DNA from: Botryllus schlosseri
Lineage: Eukaryota
Assembly: GCA_051294905.1 (NCBI GenBank)
Contig: CM119372.1
Location: 37,822,001 to 37,886,000, forward strand
DNA: 64,000 nucleotides
Direction: 5' to 3'
The translations under genes and the position numbers were made by a program. Positions 50,301 through 59,868 of the stretch are shown in pieces; position 1 is the stretch's first letter; every line of letters begins with the position of its first letter. The notes below the pieces were generated by a model. It made no database searches. It was given only the letters and a program-made list of their open reading frames with translations, and was not told the origin of the DNA.

Positions 50301-53300
50301 CTCCTTATCTTTCCGTCCATGGCAGTGGTTTGAAACTTCCGGGCTGGCGCATGCCACTATTGTTTTCTGCTATCAGCAGTCCATGACGAAAAGGGTGTGT
50401 CAGGAACACTAGTTGACGCACCTCCTGAATCGTGTTATGAAGAACAAATGAATGAAACGCGAATTCGAAGCTATTTCAATTCAATTCAATTATCTGTTTT
50501 GCTAATAATTTCAACATTTCAATACACCAGAAGACTGCGATACAACGAAAGATAGGATGGCGTCGAAACAATGTGGAGTAGTCTTAGAAATCAGACCCCT
50601 TCCTGGCCTAGGTGATATAAAAAAGGAGGCATGCACAATTGCACATTGACTGAAAAGTAGAAGAAGATAATACAAAATGAGAGGTGATAAAAACGATGGC
50701 ATGTGTCACAAAGCGGGATCGATATGACAGGTCGTAGCCCGGTAAAGCAGAGGGCTAACTAGTATTGATTCAATATAAATTGTTTGTATTTTGACTTGAA
50801 TGTAGACAGGGCCGTAACAGCACTTCGTCAGGCCCCCCAAAACGTTCGTCTTGGGCCCTCCATATGGTGATAAACCGAACTTCTGGGGGGATTCGCCCCA
50901 AGACCCCCCTTGGGCTGTTCGCTCTTTACCGATACTTATCTGCTACATTGGGTGTCCGTTTAGTGAGTCAGCTTTTCTCGCCTAAACGCGCGAAGCGCGA
51001 GGAATTTCTATAATTCGTCAATGAATCGGGAAATATGATCGGGAATGCATATCCTTTGCTATCAATTTTTATCCTCTCTTCGAACACGTAATCTGATTTA
51101 TTGGTAGAGCTGAGTGAGGAGTGTTTGAAAACGTCGGACCCCTCAATAATAATTAAACATATCCGGGTGTATACCCGTTGGCAGGAACGACACAGCCCTT
51201 TGTCAGGCCCCCCAAAAAATTGGGTCTTGGGCTCCCATAGAGTGATAAACCTATCCCCATCACGTTGTTCGCCTTTGCCACGAAATTACAGCTGTACCGT
51301 TCAGTGAGCCAGTGCGAAGCGCGAAATTTTTCGATAATTCGCGATAAAATCGGTCAGTAAGATCGGGAATTGCATATATATTGCTATCAATTTCTTGTCC
51401 TCTATGCTCACGAAATCAGATTTACCGGTAGAGCTGAGTGAGGTGTCTTTGAAACTGTAGAGTGTTGAGCCAGTAAATAACAATTGAACATCTTCGGGCG
51501 GGCGGACCTGTTGGTATGACTTTGTTACATGATGTTATTTCGTGACCTCCTGTCTGCTCTATCAAAAAATATAGAATCGCCCAAACGTACTAAACTGAAG
51601 GATCACACGATTTCAGATTGGTATTTCTGCACTGGCAAATAATTTTTTTCTGCGGGGTAGTATTTGTCTTGTGAGGTTCAGTTTGCCAAAACAGAAACAT
51701 TCGGCACCAGTCAGGCGCTTATATGGACAATTAAACCTGTATGTTTTTGTATATATAACGAAGTATTTGATCAGCATAAGGGCAGTCCTTTACGGCCAAG
51801 GTTTTATCGCTGCCGATCGTTCTGGCACACTTCTTGGAGTCGCATGTTACATGACCTAAAACTTTTTATGTCTTGGTGCGTCGTATCGCGGGAATGGCCA
51901 ACGTCGATATGCCCATTTCTATAAATCTTGCGTGTTTTTCTTGGGGGTAAGAGTACCCAATAGTCAAGAAATTTGGCGACTCGAAATCGCGCCGAGCGCG
52001 AAAATTTTTTGAAAAAGTTGCATAAATTTTCACAAATTACTCTATAATTTATGCTAATTCACGAAATAATTTTGGGCCCCCTTCGAGCTCGCCCCCCCCC
52101 CAATTTGGGGGTTTGGGGTGCGGCAGTTACGGTCCTGAATGTAGACAAAGACACGCTCGTTGACTGTCGGATAGCCGGCGAGATACTGTTTCACAAATCA
52201 GGTCCGGCATATTTGATACAGAGATGATCTTTCTGGTCCACCATATATGATAGTTGGACGACTTGGACGCAGACCTATATCACACTGTGTAGTCTCATAT
52301 TAAAATTATGTATATGAATTCTACAAATATAATACGTTTATAATCAAAAGGGCCGTTAAGACATTTCTTACGTCCTGTGTCGCTAAGATAATGTTTAATG
52401 TATCCCATTATCAGTAAAAAGTGACATGAAAAAGGTTCACACAACCTAAGTAACACTTGTCAATAAAGCACATTGAATCCACGGTATTACAACTTGTGAC
52501 TCTTTCCCTGTTCAAGTCGGTAATCAAGTAGAGCGACCACCATGACCGATGTTAACCATTATAAAATAATTCTATACATACACAGTGGATATTCGGGTAA
52601 GGCGAAAAAGCCGTTTGGATGGTCTTCGGCGTCCGGACATAGGAATCCAGTCGGCTGGCAAATTAGATATTTGTTGATGTTTTCTTTCCGCAGAGCGTCT
52701 TTGATTCTTCTCATAGTCTTCAGTGTTGTATTGCAGTCAAATGAGCAGTTTGTGCCTATACATAAAATTTGTAAATCGTTGGTCAGTAATTGGGTTTTGC
52801 GGAGTACTAAGGTAGACTATAGGTGTGGCCTATTTCCACTAGTATACTTTATAGTTTTGCAGATAAACTATATATACGTTTTAAACTTTGTATCTTGTGA
52901 TGTAGGCGGCATAGTCTTGTGACGAAAACATCAGCAACATGGAGAAGTAGCCCATAAATACCACAGTAAATTTCACATTTTTGGAAATTACGCCTATTTG
53001 CAGTATCAGTGATTCTTTTGCGTCAGTTATAAAAAGGTAACTTATAATTTTATAATAAGTCCTGTCCACTTGGCTTCTACAAGCTTACGTCCCCTCGACC
53101 AAATATACTTTTGAAATACTACAGTACTTGTCAAACGTTGTTTTTCCAAATGTGTAGTAATTGCCATACTTTTCCATCCACTGGAGTACAAACGCTGACT
53201 ACATTAACCACCTCTTTTTCAGGACCAATAATTTAAACTTCAAGGTGACATAGGGTCCTAGCGTTTAGCCGTTTACCTACTACATCGGCTCCGGTTTTCG

Positions 53301-54453
53301 CCATTCTAACGGCGCATTCCTCTACCGAAACGCCGTTTACGTCGCCGGTTTTGCCGATTCTCATGCAGAGTATGACCGGCAGATTCAATTTCTTCATTTC
53401 GGAGGCGCAAAGCTCTATTTCCGCAATGTCGTGGAAGAACTAGATGAAGTAAGTGCATGCATGTCGATATTCAAATGGTAACATCGGCACAGCACGGTTG
53501 ATCAAAAATAGCTTTTCTAAATTTCGCTGGTTAATTGAAAAATTATTAGAATATTAAAAAAACGCTGCACACAAATTTGGCTCAATTTTGACCTGTAGAA
53601 GCGAAGTTATTACAGTAATCTTGGACTGATGAAAGAGGATTAGTATTATGGATGAAAGTCTGCAATGGGGTTATGGCTATGCCAAAAAGTGTTTCTCCGT
53701 ATTTGTGGACGAGACGTAATTCTTAATTACATGCTGTCGTGATCTTTGTAGTTGTTTGGAATCAAGCGGTATTGGCAAATTCCAAATGAATTTGACACCA
53801 CTTCCGTTCCGAGACGTAAATTTAGAGCGACATGGAAAATATCAATTTCGCCAAAGACACAATACAAGTATAACACTACCAAAGAGCCCACGGAACTTGC
53901 ACAAAAAAAGTGATTTCGGACAACCCTAATGCACATTACCTCAGCAATGACAAAGTCTATATTTTCATCCCGATAGGCTTCAGCCTGCTTCGCGAATTCT
54001 TTCCTAGCCGCCGCTTCGCCTTCGTCGCGAAAACTAGGCACAGGGCTAAAGCCGCCGGCAATTAAACAGTCGTTCTGCGCTGCAGCTTTCCGAGCCAGCT
54101 CACAAGCAGCTTTGTTAAGACTCGCACTCTGAAAGTAGCATATCATGTGTTATCATACGTGGGGGCAGTCGCGCTCAGGGACACATTACACAGTGACTGA
54201 TCTCCACAGTCTCGTTACGATGGTAGGCCAGCTTGTCGTCACTGGAGTAGAAAGCCGCCGTCTGCACCACGTCCGCTCCAGACCGCACGTATTCTCGATG
54301 TAGTTGGAGCACCGCTTCTGGATATTCGACCACAGCTTCTGGGGTGAAAACCCCACATTTTGCGTAACCTCTCTTTTCCAATGTGTAGCACATGCTTCCG
54401 TCTCCTATTACGGGTCCCTCGGACAACCGCTGCAGTAAGCCCTTCTTTGGCAT
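41389..54453 (-). CDS. BHMT: Betaine--homocysteine S-methyltransferase family protein, paralog B (7 exons, 374 aa)
   Basis: Exons 54453-54190, 54128-53940, 53439-53277, 52755-52582, 46593-46463, 43198-43092 and 41485-41389 (1125 nt). Exon sizes and phases match paralog A except for 3 extra nt in exon 1. GTNC and GGCCG Zn ligands are intact, and the protein ends GMKFQ*. Confidence 0.95.
42786..42809. repeat. (CT)n microsatellite
   Basis: About 12 CT units in BHMT-B intron 6. Confidence 0.9.
43368..45384 (+). mobile_element. Chapaev3-type non-autonomous element (about 2 kb) in BHMT-B intron 5
   Basis: TIR cactggtctaca / tgtagaccagtg with a TTA/TTA TSD. Internal direct duplication of about 160 bp (43415-43570, 43605-43760). 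Subterminal motifs aggttgctgaatcc and attcgtattcagc. Confidence 0.8.
45470..46100 (-). mobile_element. Partial, diverged copy of the 1.2-kb hAT element (26383/54991 family)
   Basis: Begins cagtggtcgggaacc...gaagagccatattggccca, the reverse complement of the family's right end. Confidence 0.65.
46870..50158 (+). mobile_element. Non-autonomous hAT element (about 1.3 kb net) carrying a nested 2-kb insertion
   Basis: Termini cagcatcgtaac...gttacggccctg. 8-bp TSD gtcatatg (46862-46869, 50159-50166). Inverted homolog of 50807-52137. Confidence 0.85.
47406..49465. mobile_element. CACTG-terminated (EnSpm/CACTA-like) non-autonomous element nested in the hAT element
   Basis: TIR cactgtaaaaaat / attttttacagtg with a TA TSD. 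The sister hAT copy shows the empty site (reverse complement ttttttgatagagcagac at about 51553-51570). Confidence 0.8.
50807..52137 (-). mobile_element. Non-autonomous hAT element, same family as 46870-50158, opposite orientation
   Basis: Termini cagggccgtaac...gttacggtcctg. 8-bp TSD aatgtaga (50799-50806, 52138-52145). Confidence 0.85.
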
Positions 54454-54990
54454 GATCGATTCTCCGCAAACTGATAGCACGGTGTAGTTGAAACAACGGT
54501 AACAATAAGGATTATCACTGATATCGATCAATGCGTTATAAATTTAAGGCATGATAACTTTTTGATGGTATGTTACCAGTATTGTATACTTCACAAATCC
54601 TAAGACAGACCCTAATCGAAATAATGAAGCTATTAGCTACAAGGTATGCAGGCCTAGTACTGCCACCAAATATAACCACCATTTGTGATTTTAAGATTTG
54701 TGGTCGTACTCATTTCTGATAAGAGCCTGACTTAGAAATGTTTGCCGTTAATATCGAGTTGACATCACACTTTAAAAGAAAGTGTTCGTCAGAGGTATCA
54801 AATATAGGCAAATTTTGTGACATTCCCGCATAGCTATAAGGACTATGGGGGGCAGAAAACTACAATGAGCGACTGCTAATCCAATCATAGCAATGGATGT
54901 GAATCTGTTTTAATGAATGCACTGAAGTTTCGGAAATCGACTTTAAGCAAGATACCATATATTTTGAATATCGGGGCTATCGGTATAGGT

Positions 54991-56214
54991 CAGTTGTCGG
55001 GAACCTATGGCTCGCGAGCCATATTTGGCTCTTTTGGGTATAAGATATGGCTCTTTGCCAAATATTTATTTTTGTACTGAATTGATCAATATTGCAGCAA
55101 TTTGTTAGTACATTTTCATCACGGCCAGAATAATTATTCTCGTGGCAGTATAAACATGTCTTTGAGAGGCAAAGACAATGCCGCGTCTTCCGGTTTAGGG
55201 GCTCGGACCCCTCTTTTCAAAATCCTCAAATTTAAGTTACTGTCGCGCCGGCAACTAATATCACTCGCGAATTCGATGTAACCTACTCAAAATCTTGGAT
55301 TGCGCGATACGTTGATTGATCAAAGAAAATAGCGCACAAGGCGACGGCGTCCATATGTCAACACAGTTATCAAATACACATTGTCTTCTTGATGTACGGT
55401 GCGAATTGAACTGCCGTGGACGTGACATTCACAATTACTAAGAATGCCATAGCTATCCACGTTCTTGATTGATAAGTAGCTCTGTGGTACCGGCGATAAA
55501 ATGTAGGCGTGCAGTGCAACGTTATATATTACCTTCGAATACTTTGAGAATTGAGAAATCGATCACTATTTAGATTTTCGGAATATGTGCGACAGCTATA
55601 CATTCGATTAATAGATATTAGTTATAATAACTTTTAAGCTATTTACCATGAATCGCGTTATCGATGGCGAGGCTAGGCCCGTCTGTGCCTTACCTGTCGT
55701 TTCGCGCTTTATTTTCGAACAATAAATATGCCCATTATGTGAATTCGGGAGAAAATGTTCAAAATCTAGTCATTCATAGTCATTCGTTCGCCTACCCTGA
55801 CAACAGGTAAGACAATGCCTCACTTGCCTCCCCCAACCCCGCGTCCCTGATGTATCACAGCTTACAGTGGGTAGGCCTATATACCTCTGCAGTGACCATG
55901 TTCGGCTCCGCCTACGCATGTGATCATGAGTTCTCGCATTTAAAAGGATCATCAGGACTAACCTACGTTCTAGTAACTCAAGTATCGCATGCTCAAATAA
56001 GGCAACCAGCATGACTAGTACGAGTTTTTACAGAGAAAATGTGGCGCACACGACAAATCCCAAGTATATAGTGAGTTCGATTTAGTGTTACAATGACGTC
56101 ACGAATTTTCAATTGTGACCAAACACTTGATTGACATGTATGGCTCTTTCGGAGGTAAAATGGAAAAAATTGGGCCAATATGGCTCTTCGGACCAAAAAG
56201 GTTCCCGACCACTG
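54991..56214 (+). mobile_element. 1.2-kb non-autonomous hAT element upstream of BHMT-B
   Basis: TIR cagttgtcgggaacct / aggttcccgaccactg. Perfect 8-bp TSD gtataggt. Colinear with 26383-27593. Confidence 0.9.
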
Positions 56215-57435
56215 GTATAGGTGCTAGTATCGCCTAGAAATCAAATATAGGCTGAGACCTAATTCTGATATTTGATAGCTATTGCATGAAATTTCCTTTC
56301 ATGTCAAACACTGTGCGCTCTCATTTAGTGTGGTACAAAAGACCGTCATCAAACACAAAAGTTCTAGTACGTAAATATAGCATACGTCCCCCCTGGGGCA
56401 TGTCCCCATATCAAATAGCATGGTTCCCCATTTTAACTTGCTATGTAGGCCTCTGAGCAAAGTTTTGTACTTTAAAGTGTCGTTCAACCTATTTTCAACC
56501 GGCGATCGGTTGAAAATCATTAGAATAAACAGTTACCGTTACAGTATAATTTACTGACCCACAAGAATGGGCACTGAATTCGGCCCTAACCCTAAATCAA
56601 GTGTGCGTAGCACCATGAATCATACCTACTCCGTCTCATTCTATGCCCGGAATATAATATCCGATTCTCATTTCAATACGAAGCGTTCAAAATATCACCA
56701 TCAAAGTCGCCTCCGCAATTCCCATCCGAATACCAGACGATTGATGCCTGAAGTCTCATATGGGTAAATCGTTCCTGCTATGTCCGGTTCGCAATACTCA
56801 CGACTTCTGACAACATCTCCTCTGCACACACCGTAATCAGCTGGTCGATGCACCAATCATTTTATCCTCTCGAAAAGTTGATATTTTATGCTGCGGTAAG
56901 CCAAAATTTATGTTCCAAGATAGCGTAAGTCCTCTGTAATCATTGTCATCTGCAACCACGCAGCCTTGCAGATAATCATAGGAGTAAAGTACAAATTAGA
57001 AAGCGCAATTGGGACACCAGCGCACGGAGTGAGCAAACACTTGAAGCGACGTCTGTCAATAACATTTGCTCGGAGCGCAAGGAGATGCGAATAGATGTTG
57101 CAACGTGGGTAAAACAGAGCTCGTTGGGAATTGACATTTGTTACAAGTATCGTGCCGGGTCGACACTCGTGTTAGCTTACCGCTCTGAGCATATTTGACG
57201 TTCCTATTCGCGATCAGATCTGACTCATGCGTTTCACGGTTTGGACAAAATATTAACGTAGTAAACATAAGTATTTTAGCGGGGTGTTGTTACGCTATCG
57301 CGAAATACATGATGTCACCCACTTATTCGGACCGCTTTGCACTTCACGCAAGCGTTCTGTACGCTGACTTAACCGAAGGTTACTAGCGCTGTTCCACACA
57401 CACACATATATATATATATATCCTGACTATTCTAG

Positions 57436-57686
57436 TGCTCAGCAAATACTATAGCTGCGTCTATAACAACAGTGCATTTCATAGGTCGCCGAAAAAGTGC
57501 TTTCAAGCCGAATATGATTTTCACGCTCGAACGAACATTGAACTATCGCTGAAAATGGGAGGTATCGTATCCCGCATCGTACCACACGACTCCGACTTCA
57601 ATCCGGATTGGTGGTTTGTTGGCAACGCGGACGGCGACCAGGGATATGTGCCCGTTAAATTTTTAACGGTGTCTGAATATTTATGA
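57436..57686 (+). CDS. Terminal exon encoding an SH3 domain (resembles the C-terminal SH3 of DNMBP/ARHGEF37-38-type proteins)
   Basis: Reads FQAEYDFHARTNIELSLKMGGIV...PHDSDFNPDWWFVGNADGDQGYVPVKFL..*, with the ALYDY-like, ELS, WW and GYVP SH3 motifs. Candidate acceptors at 57435 or 57484. Possible upstream exons 56567-56763 and from 56982 are uncertain. Confidence 0.65.
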
Positions 57687-57924
57687 TGGTCGCAGTGCTG
57701 ATGCTTGGAATATTTTGTTACCGAATTCCATTTGTGATCGAATACTCGCTATGAATATCATGATCATACGATTGCTTCTCAGCTTCTCTTTCCTGTATAG
57801 TCGCTATCAGGTGATCGGCTACAGAGGAACCTATTCAACGTATTTGATACGTTAGCGTTCATATGTCGCCTGGACAAAACAATTTAAGTTTGTGTTTACA
57901 GAGCAGATGTGGGGAGACGCCTGT

Positions 57925-58114
57925 TATTTATTGTGATATTCATGGTGTTTGTCGACTACTATGGGCATTTACACCAGGCCAATTTTCTTCATTTCTATTC
58001 CGTAGCTCCTGACTTGTAGCACGGCCCACTTCTAGACTTTATAATACACCGCTGATACGGATGAGATGGCGAGAAGGAGCCTAGATAAACCTCCAACCCT
58101 TAGCTAGGAATTCT
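57925..58114 (-). mobile_element. tRNA-derived SINE, copy 4, 5'-truncated (lacks the tRNA head)
   Basis: Matches the 3' two-thirds of the family. TSD ggagacgcctgt (57913-57924) / ggagacacctgt (58115-58126). Confidence 0.8.
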
Positions 58115-58544
58115 GGAGACACCTGTGGGCCTACTATAGAAATAGCCTACTGATGCATTGAATAATTTGCGGATTAATGAAGATCGATGTATAAAATGAA
58201 GAAAGGTAATTAATCAAAAAGACCCTTGCTTTGAAAATAAATATAGTTAATAACCACTGATTCAAAGTTTCAGCAGTCGATATATTGAAAATCCCTGTAG
58301 ATAGAGTCGGTGGTAAAGCGAACCAATCTGAGATTTGACTTTCCAAAAGACATTTTAAATAGTTGCTCGGATGATGAGTTTTCTAGTCACATTGTATTTT
58401 TGGAATTAGTTTAGATATTCTGTAGAAAATAGTGAGCCTGTTGCTAAATGTAGTGGTGCAAGAGTCCGCTGAACTATACTACGCTAGACGAAAGTAACAT
58501 AACTAATCATAACAGAGGATTTTCAATTTTCGCAGATTTCCAGC

Positions 58545-59868
58545 ATGTCAACAGCGGAAGACTGCTATGAAATAACGGAGTCCGAATTAGAAAATGATAG
58601 CCAGCCCCAAAACTGTCCACACCATCATGGTACACTTCGCCAGACCAATTTTAGGAATTACACAGCAAACACTTTAGTACTGATAATTCTAATTGATGAA
58701 TAGACATACAAGTTTGGATCACTATATTTACTCCAATAACGCAAGTGACTGAACGACCTACATATCATAGATTTGGAATATCAGGAAGACCACGTCAGAT
58801 CTTCGGAACGCCATAAAGTACCAACAATCGCATTCAACCAGTCGCGCGGAATCTTCGTTCCAGATAAAGGTCAATGCCGTTTGGCGACGCTTATAAATTA
58901 ACCAAACACCGACTTTTTACCTTTAGATAGCGATGGGTATCCTTTCGAAAAAAACACTCAGACCATTGGACTCGAAGGTCAAACAATACAGATCGGCGGG
59001 TGCTCCGTGACATTTCCACCGGACAGTTTCCACCAAGCACAGCAAATATCCGTAACAGCTGAAATAAATCCGAACCAATGGCCGCGTGGGAGAGTCGGAG
59101 TCTCACCTACATTAAATATATGCGCTCAATCCTTGATAAACAAAGCAAAAGTGAAATTGAGGACGAGGTGCTTTTCCGGTAACAACACTGAGGTCGATGT
59201 GTTCCGTTTCGACGAAGAAAAAAAGCTTTGGAGTAAAATTCAGTGCTGTTCCGTAGATGATTCACGAGCTGTCGAATTTGAATCAGAACATCTCGGCCTG
59301 ATCTTGGCAGTTTTGAGATCACTGGGGCTGTCATCGGCATCAGAGCCAAGCTACGTGTTGCGACCGATTTTTTAGGTATCCTGGAATGATTTTGCAATCG
59401 CTGTGATGCTGGACAATAAATTGATGAAGAACAAGTGCCTCGAAAACATGAAAGCACGCTTCGCAAACGACAACGTTAAATCTTTGGACTTCAATGCCTT
59501 CTCTTGCAATGAACTGGGCTCGGTGCATAGTTCTGTGTTTTGTGTTCATCCCGTAAAAGGCTTCGATTTTGATCCACCAGAGAAATTATCACATCGCATT
59601 GCGGAGATCCTCAAGTGCAAAAGTAATAATTCAATCGCCTATTCAGTTCTTCACAGCGAACAGGAATCTCGGGAAATCACAGTTGGATTCCAACGTTGCA
59701 TAAACGAATGTCAGGAGAATCATTCATTTCGGTGTTATTGGAAGTGTGATGAATCGCTTCGAAGGTGACAATCTGCGTCTTGTGTGGAGTCAACTACAGT
59801 GGGCCTATATAATGATGGGGGTATCATAAATATCATCAAGAAAAACTGCAAAGCTATTATGAATCAAT
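58545..59868 (+). pseudogene. ZU5 (+ probable UPA-like) domain gene with in-frame stops
   Basis: Exons 58545-58629, 58771-58869 and 58927 onward, all joined by phase-1 GT-AG introns. Exon 3 reads IGLEGQTIQIGGCSVTFPPDSF..AQQISV..VSPTL..W...FESEHL (ZU5-like). The frame continues past TAG 59373-59375 for about 130 codons to TGA 59766-59768, then about 33 more codons. Confidence 0.6.

Noticed and set aside
46870..52137. A single 5.3-kb foldback transposon
   Set aside because: The two arms have different 8-bp TSDs, so they are independent insertions.
57436..59768. One SH3-ZU5-UPA gene like SH3BP4
   Set aside because: The SH3 exon ends in a stop codon with no convincing donor, and the ZU5 gene has its own ATG exon.
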